A stretch of 64,000 bases of DNA from Prochlorococcus sp. AG-402-G06. GTDB taxonomy: Bacteria; Cyanobacteriota; Cyanobacteriia; PCC-6307; Cyanobiaceae. Numbering within the stretch: position 1 is the stretch's first letter; the number at the start of each line of letters is the position of its first letter. A program made the translations under genes and the position numbers. The notes under the pieces are model-generated. The model searched no databases and was not told where the DNA came from. It saw only the letters and a program-made list of their open reading frames with translations. Positions 1 through 11,028 of the stretch are shown in pieces. Where the stretch lies: assembly GCA_003277985.1 (NCBI GenBank), contig QCHR01000004.1, positions 36,396-100,395 of the forward strand, written 5' to 3'.

Positions 1-2337
1 CTCCTCTATTGGAGTGACTATTTGAAAAAATTGAACTAAATCTGGATTGTCATGTACTAGAGCTCTGTAATGCTCCCTTGAGCGAGCTGCCAGCCTGGTC
101 ATCAAGTCATTCCAATTTGGCGTAGCATCTAATTTATTAGTAACTAAGCTATTCTGAAGAACTGCTGTAGTTACAGTCTCAAGATTATATAGAGCTAATT
201 CTGGAAGACTATATTTTGAAGCAAGAACTTCCCCTTGCTCTGTGATCTTTATTCGGCCTTGTAATGTACCACTTGGTTGAGCCAAAATTGCTTGATAAGC
301 TGGTCCGCCTCCCCTTCCTACAGACCCCCCTCTGCCATGAAAAATTCGCAATGCTATACCTTGTCTACTAGCAAGATCTTGAAGTGCTATCTGGGCCTTA
401 TGAATTTCCCAATTACTTGAAAGAAAACCAGAATCCTTATTGCTATCAGAATACCCAAGCATCAGCTCCTGAAGTGGTTGATTTTTCTCTCCTACTCTTG
501 GAAGTAATTCACGATAAACATCTGTCTGGAGCAACGATTCCATAACAGAAGGGGCATGCTGTAAATCCTCAACTGTTTCAAATAATGGAACAACTAAAAA
601 ATCAGATGCTCCTAAAGTTGGATCAATCAGCCCCGACTCTTTGGCTAAAAGAAGAACTTCTAATAAGTCCGATGCTGTATGGCTCATTGAAATTACATAC
701 GAGCGACAGATACGAGTACCAAACTCTTTCTGAAGCCTATGAAGCATATGAAAAACTGAGATGGTTTCTTGAGTACTTCTAGACCACTCAAAAGCAGGAG
801 GTATAAGTGGTCTTCTTGTTCGTAATTCCTTCATCAACCATGTGACTCGGCACTCCTCATCCATCTCCCCATAGGATTGAGGTATATCTAAATAGCGAGT
901 GAGTTCATCCAAAGCATCACTATGTCTTGTACTCTCTTGCCTAATATCCAAGCTCGCCAAAGAGAATCCAAAGATATGAACTTGATTCAACAAAGTATCC
1001 AGAGGTTCACAAGTAAGATCTGTACTTACCAGACTATTTCTAATAAGTTCTAATTCATTCTTAAACTCATCTACAGATCCATAGTGAAGAACTTCTTCAA
1101 AACTACTACTAGTAGATATCAAAGGCTTTCCTTCGGGTGAAAATTGCCATCCAGCATCAGCTAGTTGCCTATTACGTAACTGTGTAAGACGTAATCTCTC
1201 CAGTGTATAGCTCAGTTTCAAACGGTAAGGCTCTAATCGATACCTGGCAGCCCTTTCCTCATAGACGTCAGGGAAACGAACTCTGTCCATCTCCAATGAC
1301 TCTAGCAATGGAGAACTTACTTGACTCCATTGCATAGATATACTCAGTTGATCTCTCAACTCTTGAACTGATGCTATATAGCGATCGAGCATTAATTGTC
1401 TTTGATAGCAGGCTGTTCTCCATGTGATTTCTGGGGTGACAGACGGGTTCCCATCGCGATCTGAACCTACCCAAGAACCAAAGGTACAAAAAGCCTCATT
1501 AGGGATCTCTACGTCTGGATAACTTGAAGCTAGCGCCGTGGTCAGCCTTCTTCTTAATTGAGGCATAGCATCAAACAAAACCTGCTGAAAATAATGAAGC
1601 GCATAGTCAACCTCATCAAGGACAGTTGGTTTGAATTGATGCAGCTCATCAGTTCTCCACCAAAGTCTTATCTCTTCCTCTAATTGCAACCTGAAAATTT
1701 CTTTCTCAGACTCGGAAATTAAGTTATTAGATTGAAGTTGCTGCAAAAGTGTGGCAACTCTACGTTGCTTATGCCGCACAGTGTGTCTAACTATTTCAGT
1801 TGGATGTGCTGTGAAAACAAGACGAATATCCATTTCCCTCATCAAAGCATCAAGTTGAGCGGGGGGGACATTCAACCGACGCAATCTCTCAAATAATTGT
1901 CTAAAAGTTGCAGGTGCAGTCTGGCTGGCTAAAGCTGGGGCAAATGGATCTATTTTGTAATTGTTATTCTCTAACTTGCCTTTTTTCATACTTTCTAGAT
2001 AACTATCTTCTTCGATACGTTGCTCAAGAATATTTACCAATTGAAAATAAAGAGAAAACGCCCTGGCAGCAGATATAGCCTCTGCTAAGTCCATTTCCGT
2101 AATTAATTGAACTATTGCTTGAGAAGAATTATCTTGATTCGACTTACTAGGATCACTTAATTGTTTTAAACGCAAAAGTCTATCAGTTTGCTCAGGTGGA
2201 CATTCACTTTTGAGAACTGTTTGCCAAAGGTCCTCAACCAGTTCAAGCCTTTGTTGCAATAAAGATCCAGGATCTTGACCCTCAACACATACTGTCGAGA
2301 GATTAGAGATATTTTCGTTAGAAGAATTTTTCAACAT
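1..2337 (-). CDS. ppc: Phosphoenolpyruvate carboxylase, 5' part; runs off the window start
   Basis: Not in the ORF track. Manual minus-strand reading from ATG at 2337 gives MLKNSSNEN...[21 protein letters not shown] motifs VFTAHPT (~1800-1820) and [14 protein letters not shown] (~300-342) are present. Confidence 0.96.
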   Translation of the reverse strand, partial: MLKNSSNENISNLSTVCVEGQDPGSLLQQRLELVEDLWQTVLKSECPPEQTDRLLRLKQLSDPSKSNQDNSSQAIVQLITEMDLAEAISAARAFSLYFQLVNILEQRIEEDSYLESMKKGKLENNNYKIDPFAPALASQTAPATFRQLFERLRRLNVPPAQLDALMREMDIRLVFTAHPTEIVRHTVRHKQRRVATLLQQLQSNNLISESEKEIFRLQLEEEIRLWWRTDELHQFKPTVLDEVDYALHYFQQVLFDAMPQLRRRLTTALASSYPDVEIPNEAFCTFGSWVGSDRDGNPSVTPEITWRTACYQRQLMLDRYIASVQELRDQLSISMQWSQVSSPLLESLEMDRVRFPDVYEERAARYRLEPYRLKLSYTLERLRLTQLRNRQLADAGWQFSPEGKPLISTSSSFEEVLHYGSVDEFKNELELIRNSLVSTDLTCEPLDTLLNQVHIFGFSLASLDIRQESTRHSDALDELTRYLDIPQSYGEMDEECRVTWLMKELRTRRPLIPPAFEWSRSTQETISVFHMLHRLQKEFGTRICRSYVISMSHTASDLLEVLLLAKESGLIDPTLGASDFLVVPLFETVEDLQHAPSVMESLLQTDVYRELLPRVGEKNQPLQELMLGYSDSNKDSGFLSSNWEIHKAQIALQDLASRQGIALRIFHGRGGSVGRGGGPAYQAILAQPSGTLQGRIKITEQGEVLASKYSLPELALYNLETVTTAVLQNSLVTNKLDATPNWNDLMTRLAARSREHYRALVHDNPDLVQFFQIVTPIEE

Positions 2338-2372
2338 ATACGTATTATGAGGCAGTTATACCGACTTAGTCA

Positions 2373-3512
2373 CTAATAGATTGATTTCATTTGAATGAAA
2401 TTTGTCTCTTCTAGTTCCATTTCACTAATACCTTTCTGAAGCAAGGCCTGAATTGACTCCCCTTTTGCATAAGAATTAAGCCATATCATTGATTGGTTTC
2501 CCTTCGTCAAAACCGATTCGATAGGTTGCAGCAGCTCCAACATATCAAGCTCCTTAGCCAAAGGAGTTACCTCTAACAGAATTTCCCTGATCCAATCACG
2601 GCACTTGATTTGATTCCCATGTTTCCAATGAGATAAATATGCATCAAGACTAGAGTTGGCTGCAAGCAAATCATTTTCATCCGCCAATAGAGCCAATTCT
2701 TTTTGTGTTTTAGAGCTTGCTTCGATTGGATCATATTTTTTCATATTGTTTTTTAGGTTGATAATTCTGAGTTCCAGTAACGCAGTAATAGCCAAAAGCA
2801 AATCAACATTACTGACCAAATCACATATCCTCAGCTCTAGTCGATTTAAACTATGAGGCCTTTCTGGACCATTGGGCCTAACTGATGTCCAAAAATGTCT
2901 TTCATTTTGCATATTACCTTTAACTAGTTGCTCTTCAATCCAACTCACATAGTGAGCATGATCAACAAACATGGGCACATTGGAAGGTGTTTTAGGGAAT
3001 TGAACCCATCTTTGAGAGTGAGCTCCTGTCGCTTTTCCTGCTAAAAATGGAGAACTAGCACTTAATGCAAGAAATAATGATGCCTCACATCTAACCAAAC
3101 GAAGGGCCGAAAAAAGTAAAGATAGATTTTCAATGCCTAAATTAATATGAATACTTGCTGTTACAACATTTGTTCCATAATTTTTTTCTATATAAGAGTG
3201 ATATGAATTTTCTGAATCTGACCTTTCAAAAATTTGTGTATTTCCAAGGCTTAGCGTACTTCCTGGAAGGATTGTAAGTTTTTTGCAATCAAGCCATTTT
3301 CTAAGCTGTTGTCTTGGTAGGTAAAGAGCATGTTTTAAAACTTCGTATCTTTGATCAGGAACAGTTATGTACTCAAGATTTCTTTGATCCGGTTCTTTTA
3401 CAAAGTCTGTTAATTCATTAGTAATAGCAGATGCAACACCAACATTTTCACCAGAAAATGTGCCCGTAAAAAGCTCCACTTCAAACCCCTTTAAAAGCAT
3501 AAAGTTGGTCAT
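2373..3512 (-). CDS. gshA: Glutamate--cysteine ligase, cyanobacterial type
   Basis: LLKGFEVELFTG, EPDQRNLEY, ASIHINLG, WTSVRPNGP and RLELRICD motifs; ATGA overlap with trpE. Confidence 0.9.
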   Translation of the reverse strand: MTNFMLLKGFEVELFTGTFSGENVGVASAITNELTDFVKEPDQRNLEYITVPDQRYEVLKHALYLPRQQLRKWLDCKKLTILPGSTLSLGNTQIFERSDSENSYHSYIEKNYGTNVVTASIHINLGIENLSLLFSALRLVRCEASLFLALSASSPFLAGKATGAHSQRWVQFPKTPSNVPMFVDHAHYVSWIEEQLVKGNMQNERHFWTSVRPNGPERPHSLNRLELRICDLVSNVDLLLAITALLELRIINLKNNMKKYDPIEASSKTQKELALLADENDLLAANSSLDAYLSHWKHGNQIKCRDWIREILLEVTPLAKELDMLELLQPIESVLTKGNQSMIWLNSYAKGESIQALLQKGISEMELEETNFIQMKSIY

Positions 3513-5029
3513 AAATCAGGTGCTTCTAAGCAAGCTAAAGCAGTAAACATACCTTTTGCCTTATTTAAAGTTTCTTGATACTCATTAGAAGGAATTGAAT
3601 CTGCAACCACCCCTGCCCCAGCTTGTACTTGAACATAAAAATCATTTTTATCTTTCTTACGAACAACCATTGTTCTGATAGTAATAGCTGTATTCAATGC
3701 TCCATTTAAATCTATAGATCCATAAATGCCTGAGTAAGGCCCTCGACGTTGTGTTTCTAATTGATTAATGAGTTGCATTGCTCTGACCTTTGGGGCTCCA
3801 CTAACAGTCCCAGCAGGAAAAGCAGCAATTAACAAATCCCATACATCCTTTCCTGTTTTTAGTGTTCCTTCCACTTCACTAACTATGTGCATTACATGCG
3901 AATATCTTTCAATAACCATCAATTCTTTTACGAAAACACTACCTGGAGTGCAAACCCGGCCTAAATCATTTCGACCAAGATCTACTAACATCACATGCTC
4001 AGCTCTTTCTTTTGGATCTTTTAAAAGATCTTTTTCTAGAGCAATATCTTCATTATCATTTTGGCCTCTTGGTCGTGTACCTGCAATTGGTCGCAAACTT
4101 GTTTGAATGCCCTTTTCTGTTTGTTGGGCCTTGACCATTACCTCTGGACTTGAACCAATAAGTTGCCAATCTCCAAAGTCGAAAAATGCCATAAATGGAG
4201 AGGGATTTACCATCCTCAGGCTTCGATATAATTCAAAAGGTTTTTGTGTAACCGTAGATTCCAGTTTTTGACTAATAACTAACTGAAAAACATCACCTTT
4301 TTTAATAAATTCTTTTGCGGATTGAACACTATTTTCAAATTCATTTTTTGAGGTATAACCCTTCAAATCAAGAGATCTTTCAGCCTTTTCAGTCCACTTT
4401 AAAGACTTTATTGGTTTCAAAGGAGCAGACATTAACTCTTGAAGTTCATTAATTTGTTCACATGCAATTTCATAAGCTTTTTCAGGAGAAACTCCATTAC
4501 TTAAATCTCCATATGCAACAGCTGTTAATAGACGTTTTACCTGATCAAAAATAAGAATTTTATCCATAAACATCCAAATCCCATCAGGCAAATCTTGATC
4601 CGAAAGTTCATAGGTAGGTACTGACGGCTCAATCCATTGAATTAGTTCATACCCCCACATTCCAAAGAGTTGTCCTAGTTGTGGCAAGCCAGACAAAGTA
4701 ACAGATTTATAAGGCACGAGCATTTCCCTGAGTATTTCAATTGGATTTCCATGAAACCTTTCTTGTTTTCCATTGCGCCAGTATCTAGTCAACTCATCGC
4801 CCTTCACTATCGCCTTCCAAAGAGGATCGGATGCCACCACACTCCATCTGCCAAGTGTTGCCCCACCCTCTACTGACTCAAGCAATACCCCTGGAGGGTT
4901 ATCATTACCAACTTTAAGCCAAGTTGTAAGAGGAGTTTCTAAATCTGCGGGCCAACTTTTTGCCAAAGGGATATAATTTGCCCCTTTGGACGCTGATAAA
5001 AGAAATTGTTCCTTATCTAAACTAAGCAT
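3509..5029 (-). CDS. trpE: Anthranilate synthase component I
   Basis: LLESVEGG, GSSPE, PIAGTRPRG, EHVMLVDLGRND, GTVSGAPK, QAGAGVVADS. Start moved to ATG 5029 (MLSLDK); the track start at 5050 is TTG. Confidence 0.95.
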   Translation of the reverse strand: MLSLDKEQFLLSASKGANYIPLAKSWPADLETPLTTWLKVGNDNPPGVLLESVEGGATLGRWSVVASDPLWKAIVKGDELTRYWRNGKQERFHGNPIEILREMLVPYKSVTLSGLPQLGQLFGMWGYELIQWIEPSVPTYELSDQDLPDGIWMFMDKILIFDQVKRLLTAVAYGDLSNGVSPEKAYEIACEQINELQELMSAPLKPIKSLKWTEKAERSLDLKGYTSKNEFENSVQSAKEFIKKGDVFQLVISQKLESTVTQKPFELYRSLRMVNPSPFMAFFDFGDWQLIGSSPEVMVKAQQTEKGIQTSLRPIAGTRPRGQNDNEDIALEKDLLKDPKERAEHVMLVDLGRNDLGRVCTPGSVFVKELMVIERYSHVMHIVSEVEGTLKTGKDVWDLLIAAFPAGTVSGAPKVRAMQLINQLETQRRGPYSGIYGSIDLNGALNTAITIRTMVVRKKDKNDFYVQVQAGAGVVADSIPSNEYQETLNKAKGMFTALACLEAPDL

Positions 5030-5090
5030 GACTGCATAATGGCAGCCCAATATATAGATTTAAAGGGGGCAAAAGTTTAAATCGAATGAC

Positions 5091-5516
5091 TCATGCATCG
5101 TAAGTTTTTTTTCCACTAAATTTCAAGCTTGCTGGGTTTGGATTTTCTCCAATGCGCCTATTATTGTAACCTTCTTTTAGGCGACCCTCATTGGGCTTCT
5201 CAGAAAAAACTCCATCTTTAGGAAAAAGTAATTCCCTATCTCCACCAGGATAAATTCTATATATTTTACTTGTTTCAATTCTTGGCTTAAACCCCCTCAA
5301 TTGAGTATTCAAAGCAAAACACTGTTCTTTTCTAGCGAAGTACATAATGTTGTCTCCCTCATGCATAACAGCAGCTCCTCCAGTTGGAAGTTCGAAAACC
5401 TCAGAAGTTTTACTTGTCCAAGTAATTGCATATTTCTCTTCAGTCTCCGCTGAATTTAATAATCCGCCTGTGCTACCAATATGCTTTGGAAGTGTTCCAG
5501 GTAATACATCTGTCAT
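5091..5516 (-). CDS. psaD: Photosystem I subunit II
   Basis: [40 protein letters not shown]. Confidence 0.97.
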   Translation of the reverse strand: MTDVLPGTLPKHIGSTGGLLNSAETEEKYAITWTSKTSEVFELPTGGAAVMHEGDNIMYFARKEQCFALNTQLRGFKPRIETSKIYRIYPGGDRELLFPKDGVFSEKPNEGRLKEGYNNRRIGENPNPASLKFSGKKTYDA

Positions 5517-5611
5517 GCTTTAAATTAAATCAACTTTTTCCTTATCTTTTAAATTAGCACTTTATTTTGTGCCTTTTGACGCATTTCAGATCAACTTCAC
5601 AAGCGTCAACA

Positions 5612-7003
5612 TTAATCTAGAAGATCAAATTCTTTTAATTCAGAAATAGGAAAAAATATTGTAATTCCTCTATCTCGCCTGTTAGTCAGACGACCGCCAA
5701 GACTTTTCAACAACCTTTGAGTTGCAGCCTGACTAAGCTGCAAATTTCCTGTGGCTGGGTTCCAACTAAGTACTGGCCCAATTTCTTCATTGGATACACT
5801 TTCCGAAAATCCAGAATGGTTAGTTGTGGAAAGCTGAGTTAAAATTTGCAGCTTGAGCCTTTGCCCAGCTGGCCTTAATTTCAAAGTTAATTCCCCACCC
5901 GTCTGCAATCCGCGACTATTACGATCTATAAGGCCCGTCAACATTAATTCAAGTCCTTCAGAGTCACTCAAAACTTTTGGTAAATCTGGTGTGATATCGA
6001 GAATAAGTTTCAAACCTTTTCGCTCTAACTGATTACTCCAAACCGGATATAACAATGTGAGCATTTTACCTAAATCAGTTAAAGCCAAATTTGTTTGTTC
6101 TGGCTTAGTTCTCTCTAATTCCACTGCATTAAAAATCAAACCAAAACGATCAATTTGTTCTGTACATTCGATATCTATTTGCCTTAAACGAGTTTCAACG
6201 ACTTTAGGTAAATCTTGCTTTCTTAGAAGAGATCTTATTAAAGTTCTTATGGTCGCCAATGGAGTTCTAATTTCATGAGTTAAAGCCTCTAGTAATGAAA
6301 TTTCACTATTTTTTGAAGTTGATTTATGATCATTAATTACATTTTCAGGCAAAGTTTGAATATTTAAACTTGGGGCAATATCTGCAAGACGTTGAGATAG
6401 TAGAGGCCAAAAGACTTTAGATAAATCATCATTTGTTTTTAACTGCCCCATCTCTCCAAGTGCGTTTCTGAGATTATTTGCTTGCTCAACATTTTCTGTA
6501 TTCAATCTATTATCAAGTAATGTCAAAAGATCGCTCAAAGTCTCAGGATCACTTCGCATTAATAATTTTCTCTCCTGACATTTCCCTTCCAGAGCTAAAG
6601 CAATTTGAATTTCAGGAGTAATAACTATTAGTAAAGGGTCATTTCCATCTTCCTCCAGAAGAGTTAAGCGCTCATATGCTGATGAATGATCATGAAAATC
6701 CATCGAAACTGATTGACTGGGAGGCAACATCCCTACAGAAGGATTTGTAAGGTTTAATAAATCCTTTGGGGCCCAAACCCATCCTTGAAATTTCTTGAGC
6801 AGTTTTGGTTCGTATAGTGCTGGTAAAGGAGAAGACAACCACAAACCTCTAGTAAGGTTCATTGGCAACAAAATGTCTGACTGAAGAGTATCTAGAGCTG
6901 CCCACCACATTCGCCTTGCTGCAGACTCACTACATGTCGCATGAGGAACACCCTCAGCCATCCTTTTTTGTAAAGCTTGAATGGTCACTAGAGGAGTGTT
7001 CAC
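5612..7003 (-). CDS. Sensor histidine kinase, cyanobacterial Hik34-like
   Basis: H-box EALTHEIRTPLATIR. The C-terminal WNPATGNLQLS...LGGRL resembles the Hik34 family (from recall). Canonical N/G boxes are degenerate. Confidence 0.8.
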   Translation of the reverse strand: MNTPLVTIQALQKRMAEGVPHATCSESAARRMWWAALDTLQSDILLPMNLTRGLWLSSPLPALYEPKLLKKFQGWVWAPKDLLNLTNPSVGMLPPSQSVSMDFHDHSSAYERLTLLEEDGNDPLLIVITPEIQIALALEGKCQERKLLMRSDPETLSDLLTLLDNRLNTENVEQANNLRNALGEMGQLKTNDDLSKVFWPLLSQRLADIAPSLNIQTLPENVINDHKSTSKNSEISLLEALTHEIRTPLATIRTLIRSLLRKQDLPKVVETRLRQIDIECTEQIDRFGLIFNAVELERTKPEQTNLALTDLGKMLTLLYPVWSNQLERKGLKLILDITPDLPKVLSDSEGLELMLTGLIDRNSRGLQTGGELTLKLRPAGQRLKLQILTQLSTTNHSGFSESVSNEEIGPVLSWNPATGNLQLSQAATQRLLKSLGGRLTNRRDRGITIFFPISELKEFDLLD

Positions 7004-7422
7004 GAAAACGTCCTAACCTCATACAAACCTTTAAATCCATTTGACTGATTAGATTTTAAAGGGTGAAAAAGCATAAGAAGTAGAGTTGCAACTCGCGAAG
7101 GTGCTTAGCTGACCGTTTTGAAATAGATGAACTGAGGTTTATTCGGAAAATCTATTTAATAGGCAAATAAAGTTCCTTAAAACAAACTAAGATCATGGGA
7201 GCTAATTCGTCTATGAATCAGAATTAACACATTTAATCTTTTAGAAATAAATAATAACCGTTCAATAAAACTAATGTTCAATCTAAAAGTGAGGATTCCT
7301 TCCTTTACATAGATGAAAAATAGAACCTCAAGATGGTATTTGGGTTTTAACCATACCCAGAATCAAAATCCTATTATGTCTCAACTAATTCGTTTCCAAA
7401 GAAAATAAGCAAAAGTGTCTGA

Positions 7423-8697
7423 TTAAAGGTTTTTTCTTGTTGACTGACCTCTTCTAGAGACAGATAAACAAAAGCCCAGACTTACAAAATTAACAAATAA
7501 CGCAGTTCTTCCATAGCTCATAAAAGGTAATGGGATTCCAGTAACAGGACCTAATCCGATTGTCATAAATATATTTACCATGATTTGAAAGATAAACATT
7601 GAAGCTATTCCGATAACAACTAAAGATTCAAAATCAGTTCTTGCATCAACCGCTATCTTGATTAATCGAAAAATTAAAATAAAAAATAAAATTAGGACTA
7701 TTAAAGTTCCTATAAAACCTGTCTCTTCTCCAAGAGCACTAAAAATGAAATCTGTATGTTGTTCTGGTATGAATTTTAATTTAGTTAATTGCCCTTGCAT
7801 AAGTCCTGTTCCAAGCAATCCTCCAGATCCGATCCCTATTTTACTTTGAAGCATATGATATCCACCGCCAAGAGGATCTTGGCTAGGATCAAGAAAAATA
7901 ATTAGTCTATCTCTTTGATAATCTCTTAAAACAGTTTCCCAAAACCAAGGGCTAAATTTTGCTATTAGCGAATGAAAAAAAACAACAAATAATGTTAGTA
8001 ATTTTCTTGGATTTGGCAAAGACTTATAAGATAAAACACCAATTATTGGTATCCAAATAACAAGTCCAAATTTATATAAATATGAAAGGACTCCTGTAAA
8101 TAAAGTCGCCAAAACAATAAATGCCCACTCATATGGCATCCCCGACCAATACAACATTCCAAGAAGTATGGCTCCAAACACAAGGGATGTTCCCAGATCG
8201 GGTTGTATAAAAACTAAAACCCAAGGGAGAAATGAAACTAATAAAGGTTTAATTAAATGAGATAAATTAGAAAACCTTTTGCGATCTAAGATAGAAGCCA
8301 AGACAATTATTAAGGTTAATTTCGCAAATTCCGATGGCTGAACGTACAAGCCAGCAAAGTTCAACCACCTTTTTGCTCCAAGGGCTGACGTACCACTAAA
8401 ATTTACATACAATAATAATGAAATAGTAAAAAAATATATTGCAATATTATATTTTCGTAAACCCCGTAAAGGAACTTGAGCTAAAAAATAAACAATTAAT
8501 AACCCTATATAAGCAATAATTGCATGTTGATACCAATCAGTAACACCAAGATTTCTTTGAGTACTTGCAATTAAGAAACAAGCTATATTTACTAAAATAA
8601 AAGGTACAATCCAAATTATAAAATCTACATCCTTCCAATTTTTTTTATTTCTAACTATTTTTAAATTAGATATTTTATTGCGACCAAAAACCATCAT
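7423..8697 (-). CDS. rodA: Rod shape-determining SEDS protein
   Basis: GAKRW, QPSEFAK, QPDLGT, PEQHTDFIFS, TGIPLPFMSYG; multi-pass hydrophobic. Confidence 0.93.
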   Translation of the reverse strand: MMVFGRNKISNLKIVRNKKNWKDVDFIIWIVPFILVNIACFLIASTQRNLGVTDWYQHAIIAYIGLLIVYFLAQVPLRGLRKYNIAIYFFTISLLLYVNFSGTSALGAKRWLNFAGLYVQPSEFAKLTLIIVLASILDRKRFSNLSHLIKPLLVSFLPWVLVFIQPDLGTSLVFGAILLGMLYWSGMPYEWAFIVLATLFTGVLSYLYKFGLVIWIPIIGVLSYKSLPNPRKLLTLFVVFFHSLIAKFSPWFWETVLRDYQRDRLIIFLDPSQDPLGGGYHMLQSKIGIGSGGLLGTGLMQGQLTKLKFIPEQHTDFIFSALGEETGFIGTLIVLILFFILIFRLIKIAVDARTDFESLVVIGIASMFIFQIMVNIFMTIGLGPVTGIPLPFMSYGRTALFVNFVSLGFCLSVSRRGQSTRKNL

Positions 8698-8706
8698 TAA
8701 ATTTAA

Positions 8707-9792
8707 TCACTGTTTAACAGATAATGCATTACATAGTGTTCCAGCAAGTTCTAAAAATACTTTTGCTGTTATTGAATTTCTAGATGTATAAACGACTGGC
8801 AGATCCTTGCCTGTACCAGAATAAGTATCCGATTCAATTGGTATCTGAGAAAGTAAGGGGACATTATTCTCTTTGGCTAATTGATTACCTCCACCAGAAC
8901 CAAAAATCTCATATGATTTTTGCGGTTGGTCTGGAGGGATAAAATACGTCATATTTTCTATCACTCCGAGTACAGGAATATTCATTTGTTTAAACATTGC
9001 CAACCCCCTTCTTGAGTCTTGAAGAGATACATTTTGGGGAGTAGTTACTATAATCACACCTGCCATAGGAACTGCCTGGGCCAAAGATAGTTGAGCATCG
9101 CCGGTCCCGGGAGGAAGATCTACTATTAAAAAATCACGTTCACCCCAGGAAGCTTGATATAAAAATTGTCGAATAATTCCATTAAGCATGGGTCCACGCC
9201 AAATCACTGGTTGATTTTGATCAATTAATAATCCCATTGAAACCATTCCTATACCGCATGTTTCAATGGGAATAATCTTTTGCTCTGCACCCAAACCACT
9301 CACTTCAGGAGTTACTTCGCTGACACCAAGCATATAAGGAGTATTTGGGCCATAGATATCAGCATCAAGTAAGCCAACCTTAAAACCTTTTTGACTAAGT
9401 GCGCAGGCTAAATTTACGGCAACAGTACTTTTACCCACACCACCCTTACCACTACTAATTGCAATAACATTTTTTACTTGTGGTATTGGAGTTAATCCCT
9501 GCGGTTGCCCACCATGACCGGCTTGACCAATCGGAGACTCTTCAGATGGAGGTGAATTACCTATCTCAATTTGAACTTCTTCTATATCTTCCAGTGAATT
9601 AATGCTTTCCCTAATGTCACTTGCTATTTGACTTCGTTGCGATATTGCAAAATTAGGTAGAGAAAGTCTGACAACAATTTTCGGTGGCTTTACTGAAACT
9701 ATTTCCAGCCATCCAAGTTCGACAATAGATCGTTCACTTCCGACATCTATGACTGAATTAAACGCTTTTAAAACCCTCTCGTTGGTTTTCAT
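8707..9792 (-). CDS. mrp: Mrp/NBP35 (ApbC) Fe-S carrier ATPase
   Basis: SGKGGVGKST, DADIYGP, WRGPM, DLPPGTGD, ENM. Confidence 0.93.
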   Translation of the reverse strand: MKTNERVLKAFNSVIDVGSERSIVELGWLEIVSVKPPKIVVRLSLPNFAISQRSQIASDIRESINSLEDIEEVQIEIGNSPPSEESPIGQAGHGGQPQGLTPIPQVKNVIAISSGKGGVGKSTVAVNLACALSQKGFKVGLLDADIYGPNTPYMLGVSEVTPEVSGLGAEQKIIPIETCGIGMVSMGLLIDQNQPVIWRGPMLNGIIRQFLYQASWGERDFLIVDLPPGTGDAQLSLAQAVPMAGVIIVTTPQNVSLQDSRRGLAMFKQMNIPVLGVIENMTYFIPPDQPQKSYEIFGSGGGNQLAKENNVPLLSQIPIESDTYSGTGKDLPVVYTSRNSITAKVFLELAGTLCNALSVKQ

Positions 9793-9970
9793 CCTTAATT
9801 TCTATTACATCTGATAATAGTAAAAAATTCGACAAATATTCCACCTGATTATCCAATGATATTGGGTTTAGTAAAAAGTAAAAAATATTTGCAATAAAAA
9901 CTTTTCCAATATTGATGTGAAAAATGCCTCATTTGAAAGTATTTTTTAAAGAAAGCAAAATAAAATTAAT

Positions 9971-11017
9971 TTGTCCTCCTCACAAGATCAAGCCAATTTA
10001 CCTGCAAAAAACTCAAGAGATCGAGCAAAAAAGCTTGTATTAGGACTACAAGATGAAATTTGTGCTGGATTGGAGACCATTGATGGAGAAGGCAAATTCC
10101 TAGAAGAATCTTGGGAGAGACCAGAGGGGGGTGGAGGACGTTCCAGAGTCATGAAAGATGGGAAAATCTTTGAGCAGGGAGGAGTGAATTTTTCTGAAGT
10201 TCATGGTAATGAACTTCCACCCTCAATTATTAGCCAACGGCCTGAAGCAAAAGGTCACTCTTGGTTTGCGACAGGGACCTCAATGGTTCTTCACCCCAAA
10301 AATCCATTCATACCAACTGTTCATCTAAATTACAGATATTTCGAAGCAGGTCCTGTTTGGTGGTTTGGAGGAGGCGCAGATTTAACTCCCTTCTATCCAT
10401 ATTTATCTGACACGCGTCACTTCCATTCATGCCATAAAGGTGCATGTGACTCGATTAACAAAGATCTTCATAAGGTTTTCAAACCTTGGTGTGATGAATA
10501 TTTCTTTCTAAAACATCGAAATGAGACAAGAGGAGTTGGAGGTATATTTTATGACTATCAAGATGGATCAGGTCTACTTTATAAAGGACAAAATGCCAAT
10601 GGAAAAGCCTCTAACATCTCAAAAGAGCTAGGGAAATATTGTTTGGATTGGGAAAATCTTTTTTCACTTGCCAAAGCATGTGGGCAGGCATTTCTACCCT
10701 CCTATGAGCCAATAATACAAAAGCGAAAAAATCAAAGTTTTTCAGCAAAAGAAAGAGACTTTCAACTTTATAGAAGAGGTAGATATGCTGAGTTCAATTT
10801 AGTATGGGATAGAGGTACAATTTTTGGATTACAAACGAATGGAAGAACTGAATCAATATTGATGTCATTACCACCCTTAGCAAGATGGGAGTATGGATAT
10901 AAGCCTGAAGAAAATTCACGTGAGGCACTATTAACAGATTTATTTACTAAACCTCAAGATTGGTTTAAGGATAAATCTCTCGAAGAGAAGTGTTTAACTC
11001 ATCAAGCATTGGATTAG
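9971..11017 (+). CDS. hemF: Oxygen-dependent coproporphyrinogen III oxidase
   Basis: [48 protein letters not shown]; TTG start. Confidence 0.96.
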   Translation: MSSSQDQANLPAKNSRDRAKKLVLGLQDEICAGLETIDGEGKFLEESWERPEGGGGRSRVMKDGKIFEQGGVNFSEVHGNELPPSIISQRPEAKGHSWFATGTSMVLHPKNPFIPTVHLNYRYFEAGPVWWFGGGADLTPFYPYLSDTRHFHSCHKGACDSINKDLHKVFKPWCDEYFFLKHRNETRGVGGIFYDYQDGSGLLYKGQNANGKASNISKELGKYCLDWENLFSLAKACGQAFLPSYEPIIQKRKNQSFSAKERDFQLYRRGRYAEFNLVWDRGTIFGLQTNGRTESILMSLPPLARWEYGYKPEENSREALLTDLFTKPQDWFKDKSLEEKCLTHQALD

Positions 11018-11028
11018 ACAATGCACTT

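Noticed and set aside
585-1489. Track ORFs 585-782 (+) and 1268-1489 (-)
   Set aside because: Both lie within ppc, one antisense and one out of frame.
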